Origin: a virus
Length of the DNA: 64,000 bases
Direction: 5' to 3' (one strand)
Virus record (IMG/VR): IMGVR_UViG_3300035208_003482
Under the pieces are notes generated by a model. It did no database searches. It was given only the letters and a program-made list of their open reading frames with translations, and was not told where the DNA came from. The translations under genes and the position numbers were made by a program. Shown here one piece after another: positions 1-8,687 of the stretch (the first letter of the stretch is position 1; each line of letters opens with the position of its first letter).

Positions 1-99
1 GCCTTTTGATGGCATCAATCTGAGCTTCTGATAAACCAGCCTTCTTGATTATGAAGGAGGCTGAGGAGCTATTACTTACAAATCCGTTTCTGACTTTCA
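1..99 (-). CDS. N-terminal fragment of a gene running off the window start (starts at 99). Unknown function.
   Basis: Minus-strand ATG at 99..97 followed by an open frame to position 1 ('MKVRNGFVSNSSSASFIIKKAGLSEAQIDAIKR...'). Confidence 0.3.
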
Positions 100-987
100 T
101 TACTGTATTCCCAACTCCGCCTGCACCGCGCTTCTATTAACTAATTCAGATTCATACATTTTATACTTTTCAAATTTTCGTTTAAGTCTCAAATCAATTT
201 CATTATCATATAGAGTATTTAAAAACTTAAAACACTTACTACCTCTCCAGGTAAGTGTATCTCTCCAAAGATATCCGCCAAAACGATCTTGTATTGATTT
301 TAACAAATCATATGATAATGATTTTATAAAACACTGTGGTTGTCTATGTGATGTGTGAGATACACAACCATCACCATCAAAAATACCCCTAACAAAATAA
401 ACATCAAGATCAGTTGGTATGTCTGGATATTTTACAATATCACACTTTCTACCAAACGGTATTTGTAGAAGCTTAGCAAGATCTAATGCTATTTGCTTGG
501 AATCAACGCGCATTACAACCATACCTCTTTTATTGTATGATAAATGAGCATCGTTATTAAATAATAACTTTGATAATGTTTTCAATACATCCGAATCAGA
601 ACCAAGTATTTGAATTACGAAACCTCTTTTAGCTACATGACCATCACTTGCAATCCAGCCAAGTGCATAAGCCTTGGCTGGACTATCTATTACAGAAAAT
701 ACATTATCATCAATAAGATGATGTTTTGTATTTGGATTTAATCTACCAGAAGCTTTTAAATGACGAGAACACTGTAAACACAACAAATCACCATTATTGG
801 TTTTAGTATGTTTTAGATAATCCCTAAACTGAATTTCATATTCAAATCTACAATTTGGGGATTTCCCACTATCACATCTCACTAAAAACTTCTTATGAGA
901 ATTTCGTGGCACATCAGCCAGTTGATCCAAAACCTCCTGACCTGACAGCAGCTCTCCTTTCACATAAAGCATTAAAATCCTCCGCAC
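100..987 (-). CDS. Free-standing LAGLIDADG homing endonuclease
   Basis: Two LAGLIDADG-type motifs ('AYALGWIASDGHV', 'YFVRGIFDGDGCV'). N-terminus overlaps the 3' end of the upstream dUTPase gene. Confidence 0.6.
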   Translation of the reverse strand: MRRILMLYVKGELLSGQEVLDQLADVPRNSHKKFLVRCDSGKSPNCRFEYEIQFRDYLKHTKTNNGDLLCLQCSRHLKASGRLNPNTKHHLIDDNVFSVIDSPAKAYALGWIASDGHVAKRGFVIQILGSDSDVLKTLSKLLFNNDAHLSYNKRGMVVMRVDSKQIALDLAKLLQIPFGRKCDIVKYPDIPTDLDVYFVRGIFDGDGCVSHTSHRQPQCFIKSLSYDLLKSIQDRFGGYLWRDTLTWRGSKCFKFLNTLYDNEIDLRLKRKFEKYKMYESELVNRSAVQAELGIQ

Positions 988-1423
988 TAACTTTACTTAC
1001 AAGCATCTCTTGTCTTTTAACTGGAATTATTTGTCCAATTCTTTCACCTTTAGAAATTATAATACTAGAATCATTACCATGATTCGGTAAATATTGGCCA
1101 GCTAAAATAACTTCTTGTGGATACGTTTCATCTATTATACCTACCAAGATATGCATAGATTTTTTGGTAAAAGAAGAACTTCTTGGATGTAATTGAAACC
1201 ACCAACCCTCTGGTGGAAAAGCTCTAAACCCAAGAGGGATCTTAAAATAAGAAAAAGGATCAATTGTTATTTCAATTGCAGCTTTTACATCCCAACCAGT
1301 TGATTCTAGATCTGATCTAGATGGAAGAAAACTATCATCCAAACCTTCATTCAAAGTAAAAAAGAACTCTGGAATATTATCTTTACAACAACTCATTTTA
1401 TGAATCTTTCTTTTGGATTTCAA
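914..1423 (-). CDS. dut: dUTP pyrophosphatase (dUTPase)
   Basis: dUTPase-like motifs 'LHPRSS', 'GIIDETY', 'GERIGQIIP'. Typical size, about 170 aa. Confidence 0.65.
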   Translation of the reverse strand: MKSKRKIHKMSCCKDNIPEFFFTLNEGLDDSFLPSRSDLESTGWDVKAAIEITIDPFSYFKIPLGFRAFPPEGWWFQLHPRSSSFTKKSMHILVGIIDETYPQEVILAGQYLPNHGNDSSIIISKGERIGQIIPVKRQEMLVSKVSAEDFNALCERRAAVRSGGFGSTG

Positions 1424-1749
1424 AACATTCGGGTAAGATCATTAGCTAATTGCTGAACCTCTTCTTTGGTAAGATGAAGAGGCCGAGCAGTAGCTTGTAC
1501 ACTGAAACGTGTAGCCTTATCACTCCAAACGTCCCAGGAAAGAGGCTCGACCCCATCCTCTATTGCTCCCTTGACGTGTTCGCAGTACAAGATATGATTA
1601 AAAATCGTTTCATCACGAGCTTGTATCTCTTCTTTTGTATTTTCACAATCAAATGTTAAAGGTCTACATGCCTCAAATAGAAGTGTCAGAGCTTGTGTCC
1701 ACTTCTCCAGATTCTTCGCCTGATTTTTCAGTTCCATACTTCTCTTCAA
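1420..1749 (-). CDS. Hypothetical protein
   Basis: Intact ORF with a 4-nt overlap onto the downstream gene. No recognisable motif. Confidence 0.3.
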   Translation of the reverse strand: MKRSMELKNQAKNLEKWTQALTLLFEACRPLTFDCENTKEEIQARDETIFNHILYCEHVKGAIEDGVEPLSWDVWSDKATRFSVQATARPLHLTKEEVQQLANDLTRMF

Positions 1750-2134
1750 GATCTTTTAGAATCTCTGAAACAGCATAGTCTTTCTGTACCTGTTGATACA
1801 TTCTTCTAGCCGTTGCTTCTAATAAAGATTCTTCATTCGCAACCTTGATCAATGCTTCGGCGATTACTCGATACTCTTCAAATTGCTCTTTGGTATTCTT
1901 ACCTTTACCATATTTGGAATGAAAGTCTTCATGATGAAAAGAACATAATGTCGCACCATTACTTACATCGTACCTCTCTGTAGGATGAGAAGCCCAAGCA
2001 TTAAGATGATGTGAATTTAAAGCAACACCTCTACGACCACAAATTACACATGTATAATGATCTCGACGTTTAACTTCAGAAGCCCAACGAATATATCCAT
2101 AGTCATCTTTACGATCAAAGAATGTTCCCATCAT
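1673..2134 (-). CDS. HNH endonuclease
   Basis: 'CVICGRRG...NSHHLNAWASHP...NGATLCSFHHEDFH' HNH/His-Me finger motif. Confidence 0.6.
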   Translation of the reverse strand: MMGTFFDRKDDYGYIRWASEVKRRDHYTCVICGRRGVALNSHHLNAWASHPTERYDVSNGATLCSFHHEDFHSKYGKGKNTKEQFEEYRVIAEALIKVANEESLLEATARRMYQQVQKDYAVSEILKDLEEKYGTEKSGEESGEVDTSSDTSI

Positions 2135-2143
2135 TCCACCACA

Positions 2144-2401
2144 TTATCCTAAAAGGGCCTTGATAGCTTTCAAACGACGCTCTGGATTATCAGCGGTACA
2201 GCGGGCGATTAAAACTACTTCATCAAGAAGTTCTGCGGCTGATGAGAAATTATCTTCAACTGTCTTACTTAAACAAGATTTGCAAATTGTTATAGGTCCA
2301 GTAAAGCCTGCAACTTTAACTGTTTTTAAGTCAGTCTCAAAGTGTTCAGTGCCACAAGCTTGGCAGTTGATGGATACTGGGTCAGTCTCGATCTCGAACA
2401 T
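2144..2401 (-). CDS. Small zinc-ribbon protein
   Basis: 'CQACGTEH...CKSC' Cys pairs. Confidence 0.3.
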   Translation of the reverse strand: MFEIETDPVSINCQACGTEHFETDLKTVKVAGFTGPITICKSCLSKTVEDNFSSAAELLDEVVLIARCTADNPERRLKAIKALLG

Positions 2402-2600
2402 GATTCACCACCAGAGTGAACTACCATTACCTAAAGGTAAGGGCTTCCTATCGAACTTACGTTCTCAAGGCGTTTTAATTCGGTCTGTTCCATACCGAAT
2501 TTTAATACATTTATTGCTGCGTTAACATCTCTATCATGTTCCTTACCACATGATTTGCATTTCCATTCTCTTTCTTCTAACTTCAACTCTGTATTTATAT
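2396..2600 (-). ncRNA. Candidate omega-RNA (scaffold overlapping the tnpB 3' end, terminal hairpin, 'GGTAGTTCAC' end, then ~20-nt guide at 2396..2415)
   Basis: Sense strand '...GGAAGCCCTTACCTTTAGGTAATGGTAGTTCAC|TCTGGTGGTGAATCATGTTC'. Same terminal block as the other two TnpB loci with a different downstream sequence. Boundaries are approximate. Confidence 0.4.
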
Positions 2601-3576
2601 TACCACATTCTGAACATTTCTTAGAACTTGGCTCATATCTTCCTATCTTTATTAATCTCTTCCCATTCCATAAGGCTTTGTATTCTAACATTACTACAAA
2701 TGTGCTCCAAGAAACATCTCCGATATTTCTTGACATAGATGTATAAGACTTTTCCATTAGAGATTTTATATCAAGATCTTCTGTTATTATTACGTGGTTA
2801 TTGTTAACAATATCTTTAGATACTTTATGTAGAAAATCATCTCTTTTGTTACAAATCTTTTCATGCAATATAGCAATTTTATACTTTATGTTTCGGTAAT
2901 TAGAAGAACCTTTAATTTTTGTAGATAAAACCTTTTGTAAGGCTTTTAATTTCTTTAAGGATTTATGATAGAATTTAGGATTCTGTATTTTGTTTCCATT
3001 AGAGAAAGTTACAAATGTCTTTATTCCTAAATCTATTCCTATATTCTTATCTCCAGGAATTATGTTAGGTAATTCTTCTTTATTATCTACAAGAACGGAT
3101 ATGTAATACTTATTAGTACAAGTTTTTGAAATTGTACAAGTTTTAATTGTACCTTCAAAAGTTCTATGAAATTTAGCTTTAATTGTACCAATTTTAGGAA
3201 TACTAACGTGAGAATCTTTAAAGTTAACTTTAACAAATTGGGGAAGGGAAAATGATTGTTTAGAATATTTGGACTTAAAAGAAGGGAATTTATTTTGGTT
3301 CTTGAAGAATCTTTTATATGCTGAATCAAGATGTCTCAAGCTTTGTTGCAAAGCTTGAGAAGGTGCATCTTGTAACCAAATGAATTCCTCTTTAAGATCT
3401 TTTAGAAAAGAAGTTGCTAATTCATTATAAGAGATAGACTTTTTCTCAGAATCATAAACAGATTTCTTATGTTCGAGAGCTTTATTATATAAGAACCTGC
3501 AAGAGCCAAAAGCTCTTGCCAACTCTTCCGATTGGGAAGAAGTAGGGTAGATTCTATATTTGAAAGCTTTAAGCAT
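2431..3576 (-). CDS. tnpB: TnpB (IS200/IS605 OrfB-type RNA-guided endonuclease). RuvC triad present.
   Basis: N-terminus 'MLKAFKYRIYPT...ELARAFGSCRFLYNKAL'. RuvC-I 'DLGIKTF', RuvC-II 'ITEDLDIK', Zn finger 'CSECGN...CKSCGKEHDRDVNAAINV'. Confidence 0.8.
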   Translation of the reverse strand: MLKAFKYRIYPTSSQSEELARAFGSCRFLYNKALEHKKSVYDSEKKSISYNELATSFLKDLKEEFIWLQDAPSQALQQSLRHLDSAYKRFFKNQNKFPSFKSKYSKQSFSLPQFVKVNFKDSHVSIPKIGTIKAKFHRTFEGTIKTCTISKTCTNKYYISVLVDNKEELPNIIPGDKNIGIDLGIKTFVTFSNGNKIQNPKFYHKSLKKLKALQKVLSTKIKGSSNYRNIKYKIAILHEKICNKRDDFLHKVSKDIVNNNHVIITEDLDIKSLMEKSYTSMSRNIGDVSWSTFVVMLEYKALWNGKRLIKIGRYEPSSKKCSECGNINTELKLEEREWKCKSCGKEHDRDVNAAINVLKFGMEQTELKRLENVSSIGSPYL

Positions 3577-3700
3577 GTGTAATATTATGGATAAGATTAG
3601 TATTTCTCGACTTGAGAATAGAACGGCAATTCATCCCCCCGCCTAAAGGCAGGGGTCTTCTTGCACCACCAGAATAAAGGAATATTCAAATATCCCTATA

Positions 3701-4204
3701 TCACGGACGGAGATCGTCCTCTTTAACAAGTTCAAGAGTATTATTCTCTTTTATAATATAACAATTAACACCTGAAGATATTAACATTTCTAGTGATAAT
3801 TTATGTGTTTCGTAAGACCTTTCTCTAAAACCACGAGCACTTTCAGATTTATCTTCTGGATAAAAAAGTGATATAATACCAGATTGAATTATACCTCTTG
3901 CACAATCAGGACATGGAAAATGTGTACAATACATTTCACATCCTTCAAGAGATACTCCTATACGAGCTGCATGATAGAGACAATTTCTCTCGGAATGTTC
4001 TGTATAAACATATTTTAATGGACGTTCATACCTCTCTTCAATATCATCATCAACACCGCGAGGGAATCCATTATATCCAGTAGAACGAATCTCTCGATTT
4101 GGCCCTACAGCTACAGCTCCAACTTTTGTACTACGATCTTTAGACCAAGACGCAATATGCTTGGCTAGTTCAATAAACCTGAGATGCCATTTTGTTAATT
4201 TCAT
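3701..4204 (-). CDS. dCMP deaminase (zinc-dependent)
   Basis: 'HSERNCLYHAAR' (HxE) and 'PCPDCA' (PCxxC) zinc-binding motifs. Confidence 0.75.
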   Translation of the reverse strand: MKLTKWHLRFIELAKHIASWSKDRSTKVGAVAVGPNREIRSTGYNGFPRGVDDDIEERYERPLKYVYTEHSERNCLYHAARIGVSLEGCEMYCTHFPCPDCARGIIQSGIISLFYPEDKSESARGFRERSYETHKLSLEMLISSGVNCYIIKENNTLELVKEDDLRP

Positions 4205-4706
4205 GTCTTGTTACACCTGGAAAATAGACTTCCCAATCTGGATGAATTTCTTGTAGAACAGAATACTCTAGACCTAACGCATCAGGAGGTGCCATTGGTT
4301 TACTCAACAACTTCAAACCAGCCTCTTCAGGAGTCCTATTACTCTTGGCCGCATTGACTTCAAGAGAAGCTGTTACACAATTCTCCCATGTGCTTTTACC
4401 ACCTCTCGATTTTGGAAGAATATGATCAACAGTTAATTGAGATGGCGGAAGGATTTTTCCAGTATAACAACAAGTATAAAAATCCCTACGAAAAACTCCA
4501 CGAAAATTGAACCTAGGTTGTAATGGCTTTTTACGAACATAGGACTTAAGAATGATGATTGCGGGATAATCTAGTCCATCATAAAAAGACTCACCTTTCC
4601 ACTGAGAAATAACATCAGCCTTTCCTGTCATGACAAGACGAATCATTCGTCGAAATGCAACGAATGCAATTGGCTTGTATTGTCTATCAAGCAGTAGCGT
4701 TTTCAT
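4170..4706 (-). CDS. HNH endonuclease
   Basis: 'TVDHILPKSRGGKSTWENCVTA' HNH motif. Confidence 0.55.
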   Translation of the reverse strand: MKTLLLDRQYKPIAFVAFRRMIRLVMTGKADVISQWKGESFYDGLDYPAIIILKSYVRKKPLQPRFNFRGVFRRDFYTCCYTGKILPPSQLTVDHILPKSRGGKSTWENCVTASLEVNAAKSNRTPEEAGLKLLSKPMAPPDALGLEYSVLQEIHPDWEVYFPGVTRHEINKMASQVY

Positions 4707-4717
4707 GCTATTTTAAC

Positions 4718-5491
4718 CTATTCACTAGAAATTCTTGACCACAATTCTTGCATTGTCTTTTCTATTTCCTCACCAGAAGAATATATCAAATCATTAAAAG
4801 GAGACATGTCTCCTTTTAATTTAGAGAGTGATTTCCTTATATCCTCGCCTTTTGACATTAAAACTTCATTACCAAGACAATACCAACCTCTTTTTTGACG
4901 TCTAGCAAAAAGCTCAAGTTTATTACATTCTGTTTTAGGAAACATTTTTTCAAGCATATCTTGCAATAATTCTGGCTTTACTGAATGTTTTGTAGCTGGG
5001 AAAAAATGAACAGATCTTTGAGATTTATTTTCTAAATGATTGTAGATCTTACCACGAACTCCAATAAGTGCAAGTTCATGAGTCTGTCTAAATAAACGAC
5101 CCATTCCAAATGCTAGCAAATTATTTGCATTAAACTTCGAAAGAATATCCTTAATAAATGGAACTAAGCCAGGTTTTGGAGCCTTAAAAGCTTTAGTAAT
5201 TTCTCGTTGAATTGATTTCAAAGGATCTTGCTTAGTCTTTACCCAAATATGAGTCTGAGTCTGACGAAATCCCCATGCTTTCATTATATCAAGTCCATCT
5301 GAAAGTAAAGTAGATGGTACCCAAAGAACGAGAATAGCGTCATCCTCACATATTTCCTTCACATTAAGATTCTTCAAATCTTCAATTGATAGAGTATCAT
5401 AATTAGCTGATGCTCCTCTTTTTGTTTTAGCCATGGAAAGTTCATCTTTGAACCTATATGGAGGATCTGCAATAATAACACTAAACTTCAT
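4718..5491 (-). CDS. DNA methyltransferase (N6-adenine/N4-cytosine, beta-class/MT-A70-like)
   Basis: N-terminal 'IIADPPYRF' DPPY catalytic motif. About 257 aa. Confidence 0.6.
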   Translation of the reverse strand: MKFSVIIADPPYRFKDELSMAKTKRGASANYDTLSIEDLKNLNVKEICEDDAILVLWVPSTLLSDGLDIMKAWGFRQTQTHIWVKTKQDPLKSIQREITKAFKAPKPGLVPFIKDILSKFNANNLLAFGMGRLFRQTHELALIGVRGKIYNHLENKSQRSVHFFPATKHSVKPELLQDMLEKMFPKTECNKLELFARRQKRGWYCLGNEVLMSKGEDIRKSLSKLKGDMSPFNDLIYSSGEEIEKTMQELWSRISSE

Positions 5492-5501
5492 AAGTCAACC
5501 T

Positions 5502-5999
5502 TTATCCTTTTTTCTTTATAGTCTTTACAGAGGAAGATTCATATATTCCATTCTCGATATCTTGAATCTTGGCAATGATACAATCAATCCTTGCAACATT
5601 CAGCTTAATCTTCTCATCTTCAAGCTTGGACTTTTTCTGCTCATGAAGCCTACGCAATGCAAACTTATGTTTCATATCTTGAAGATTGAATTTGGTTCTT
5701 GGATTCTTGTGTTCGCGATTTAGGGATTCGCAAAGAGTTTCGATGGGTAGGGAATTAAACCAGTCCATCGCTTCATCCTTTGAAGCACCTAAAACATATC
5801 GATCATGTTCTTCTCGAATTGCTTCAAGATCCAAATTCAATTCATTCACACTGCGTTGAAGCTTTTTAACCCGTTGAGAAAGGTTATCGTTCTTCAACAT
5901 CATACCCCAATTCTCGAAGAAATTCTGCAGTATGAGTTCTAAATGTAAGGTGACCACCCCTCTCCCATGAGAGCAAAGTATCACCATCTTCAAAGCCAA
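5502..5999 (-). CDS. Hypothetical coiled-coil protein
   Basis: Heptad-rich sequence. Overlaps the next ORF. Confidence 0.25.
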   Translation of the reverse strand: MALKMVILCSHGRGVVTLHLELILQNFFENWGMMLKNDNLSQRVKKLQRSVNELNLDLEAIREEHDRYVLGASKDEAMDWFNSLPIETLCESLNREHKNPRTKFNLQDMKHKFALRRLHEQKKSKLEDEKIKLNVARIDCIIAKIQDIENGIYESSSVKTIKKKG

Positions 6000-6312
6000 T
6001 AAGCTCCTCCATTGGTTTTCCAGTTCTATTTACTTCAGAAATCAAAGCTATCTTAAAATCTTGCAACCTAGCTTTATATCCATTTACAAAATCTTCACCA
6101 GCCTTCTTTAAAAGTTCAGCATCATCATTAGCTGCCTTTCTTGCCTTGTGATAGTCCCAATAAACGTCATCTGGTGAAAGATAATCATGAACGAAATCAC
6201 ATTCATAACCAGCTTCCTCTTTCAGATTCTTTGGAGCTGAAGGAGCAATACAGATTTTACGTCCAGATCCATGAACTTCGGGTTCCCAAAATGATGCAGT
6301 ATAAATCTTCAT
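5884..6312 (-). CDS. Hypothetical protein
   Basis: ORF only. Confidence 0.25.
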   Translation of the reverse strand: MKIYTASFWEPEVHGSGRKICIAPSAPKNLKEEAGYECDFVHDYLSPDDVYWDYHKARKAANDDAELLKKAGEDFVNGYKARLQDFKIALISEVNRTGKPMEELIGFEDGDTLLSWERGGHLTFRTHTAEFLRELGYDVEER

Positions 6313-6331
6313 TGTGTTTCTCTATAAAATC

Positions 6332-6358
6332 AAAGGGCGGGATTTTGTCCCGCCCTTT
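6332..6358. terminator. Rho-independent terminator hairpin (bidirectional)
   Basis: 'AAAGGGCGGGATTTTGTCCCGCCCTTT' perfect 8-bp GC stem flanked by A/T runs. Confidence 0.6.
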
Positions 6359-6521
6359 GAATGGGCTTGTTGCCCGTTTCTCGACCGCTATATTAAGCAG
6401 TATCTTTAATTTGATCTTAGAACACTTCTAAGATCAAATGGCCTCTTTCATTGAATGAGAAGAGGCTCTTGCCCTTTTACAAAATTCGTATTTGGACAAG
6501 GCTATCACCACCCTTCGAAAA

Positions 6522-7289
6522 TTAACCATCACCATTCAAGGTTAATGGGTTAAGCTCAACCGGTTTATCCGATTGAGGTATCACAATAGGATATGTAACA
6601 TCAATTTGCTTCTTCCCAGAATCGGGAGGAAAGCGTTTGAGTACATGTACCTGATAACTACCAGGCGCTAACGCTAGCATCCATCGACCTTTTGTATTTG
6701 TACGAGTTTGATTTATGAGAGATCCATTTTCATCTAACAACTCTACTGTTGCTAAATAGATAGGTGAGTCTTCTCTAACCAAATTCTGAGACACGGAACA
6801 CTTAGTACCTTTGGTCTTTGGACCTCTTTGACCACGAGAATTTCCACGAGAAGCTGCAGACTCTAACAAATCAATATCACTTTCACTTTTGACCATCTGT
6901 GTTGGACGAGGTAAAGCATCATTCGAGAACTGACTCGCAAAAGCCAACGCTTCTGCTTCATCGTCTGATTCAAAAGGATCGACAGGGTTAATATCATCCT
7001 CAACATTAAGCCCATGACTTGCTGCGGCTTCAGTAAACTTATTTGTCCGTGATCTGGATTCAAAGTTGTCCTTGTTTACAACAGATGGAACAACCGGTAC
7101 ATTTGTAGTTTGTTGTACCTGTTGTGATTGTGATTGAACAACTGTTCCAGAACTCAAAGAAGCATTAACTCTAGATAGTAAAATCTTGAGAAGGTTCTCT
7201 GAATTCTGGACACGCTTATCCAACGTACTCAATCGAGCTTCAATATCTAACAGAATATCTGTTGCCGATCTTTTATCGTCAGTTACCAT
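6522..7289 (-). CDS. Hypothetical protein (acidic middle, beta-rich C-terminus)
   Basis: ORF only. Confidence 0.3.
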   Translation of the reverse strand: MVTDDKRSATDILLDIEARLSTLDKRVQNSENLLKILLSRVNASLSSGTVVQSQSQQVQQTTNVPVVPSVVNKDNFESRSRTNKFTEAAASHGLNVEDDINPVDPFESDDEAEALAFASQFSNDALPRPTQMVKSESDIDLLESAASRGNSRGQRGPKTKGTKCSVSQNLVREDSPIYLATVELLDENGSLINQTRTNTKGRWMLALAPGSYQVHVLKRFPPDSGKKQIDVTYPIVIPQSDKPVELNPLTLNGDG

Positions 7290-8365
7290 TAATCATCCAA
7301 GATTACACCAAAATCAATTGGTATTCTCTTAATTAATTGAATATTCTCAACTGGAACATTGTTACCAAGAATGAGTTTAGTAAGTACTTCGCGAGCTTCT
7401 TTTGCAGAAGACAGTGTTACAAACAACTTGTCATCAATGAAAATGGCAAATTGCCCGGCAGCTAGAGCTGATGAAATCTTTACAGTTGCTTGAGGCTCCT
7501 CAGCCTCTTCGGATTTCTCTTCCGAAAGATCAGGAGGTTCACCCTCATAATCTTCGTGCATCTTTTCTTCATCTTCTTCGGAAGATGAAGTAAGTTCATA
7601 CTCTTTTGCTTCAAATTCAAGCTTTAACTGATCAATAACATCATTGACCAATTGACCAACTGCAACTCTTTCAGCAGATGGAATCTTGGAGAACTGTATA
7701 AGGATATCACTCAGGATACCGTTCTTACCAAGAACCCTAGATTTAAGATCGGCAAAATCATCTAACGAATCCATCACTGACAGTTCTTCAGTGACTTCGG
7801 TCAGCATAACTTGAAGTTGATGCTCTAGGTTTTTACGAACTGAACTTTCAAGATCCTTTAGTGGATTCATTCCCTGAAGTGTTTCAACATGGTTTTGAAC
7901 CGCATCACCATCTTCTTCAGAAACAGTCTCTGGCCAATTGTTATCAACCATTTGTGATTTTGAATTCTTTGTATCCGGTAAACCAGTTACTTCTTTCGTT
8001 GCCCAAGCCGTTTCTACCTGCCCAACAGATACGAAATTGTTCTTTGGCGGTATAAAACCATCATCACTAAAATTCTGCTGAGCAGATACTACTGGTATTC
8101 CTTTCTTAAGAACAAGGTTAGATGATTGTTTTTTGTTTGGATCTGATGCTTTAATAACAACAGGCTTATTAGAAACTTCTTTCATGATAGGAAAGTCCCC
8201 TTTATTAGTTGGTTGAGGTGCAACTTTAGGAAGTCCAAACTCATCATGAAGAAGTGACTTACCACCATCCTTTGGCTCATAGTCAAGCCTTTGGTATTCT
8301 GGTGGTTGGCGCTTTGCATCCAAAATGCGTCGAACTCTATTTCCTCGAAGATCTTCAGTCATCAA
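7289..8365 (-). CDS. Hypothetical acidic protein
   Basis: ORF. Stop/start overlap with its neighbours. Confidence 0.3.
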   Translation of the reverse strand: MMTEDLRGNRVRRILDAKRQPPEYQRLDYEPKDGGKSLLHDEFGLPKVAPQPTNKGDFPIMKEVSNKPVVIKASDPNKKQSSNLVLKKGIPVVSAQQNFSDDGFIPPKNNFVSVGQVETAWATKEVTGLPDTKNSKSQMVDNNWPETVSEEDGDAVQNHVETLQGMNPLKDLESSVRKNLEHQLQVMLTEVTEELSVMDSLDDFADLKSRVLGKNGILSDILIQFSKIPSAERVAVGQLVNDVIDQLKLEFEAKEYELTSSSEEDEEKMHEDYEGEPPDLSEEKSEEAEEPQATVKISSALAAGQFAIFIDDKLFVTLSSAKEAREVLTKLILGNNVPVENIQLIKRIPIDFGVILDD

Positions 8366-8687
8366 TTACCCCTGCAGATTTTTCTTCTTTGAGAATTCTC
8401 TTCTGAGCCTTCTGTTTTTGACTATGATCCCATTCGCCTGACTTCATCATTTGATCACGCCTCTCTGCCATTAAGCGCCTTGCAATTGCTTCTCTAGACT
8501 TACGCCTCTTCTTTATAGATGGCTTCTCATACGCTGAGCGTTCCTTTAACTGTCCAATAACTCTTTCACGTTGAAAGAGCGTCTTAAACCTTCGAGCAGC
8601 GTACTCGAAATCTTCACGAGAAGAGCCCTCAACAACAACTTCGATTGGTCTAACCCACGACTTATCAAACTCTTTTGGTGCAACCAT
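8355..8687 (-). CDS. rpsU: Ribosomal protein S21-like
   Basis: 'FEYAARRFKTLFQRERVIGQLKERSAYEKPSIKKRRKSREA' matches the bS21 core pattern (ALRRFKR...FYEKPS..RK). Extended basic C-terminus. Confidence 0.5.
   Translation of the reverse strand: MVAPKEFDKSWVRPIEVVVEGSSREDFEYAARRFKTLFQRERVIGQLKERSAYEKPSIKKRRKSREAIARRLMAERRDQMMKSGEWDHSQKQKAQKRILKEEKSAGVIDD

Noticed and set aside
2160-2525. Plus-strand 121-aa ORF and the minus-strand ORF 42935..43141 share a 'PKGKGF' peptide
   Set aside because: Both are alternative-frame translations of the conserved TnpB right-end nucleotide block ('CCTAAAGGYAAGGGCTTC'), not genes. The similarity reflects the repeated DNA element.
3087-3329. 80-aa minus-strand ORF nested inside tnpB; more generally, many 60-100-aa plus-strand ORFs lie inside long minus-strand genes
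   Set aside because: They are low-complexity and fully nested in an alternative frame of a well-supported gene, with no independent start context. Treated as spurious.
4718-5491. Calling the DPPY methyltransferase a Dam (GATC) methylase because GATC clusters occur at 35860..35890
   Set aside because: DPPY is shared by many N6A/N4C methylases. The motif order (DPPY near the N-terminus) differs from alpha-class Dam. Target specificity cannot be read from the sequence.
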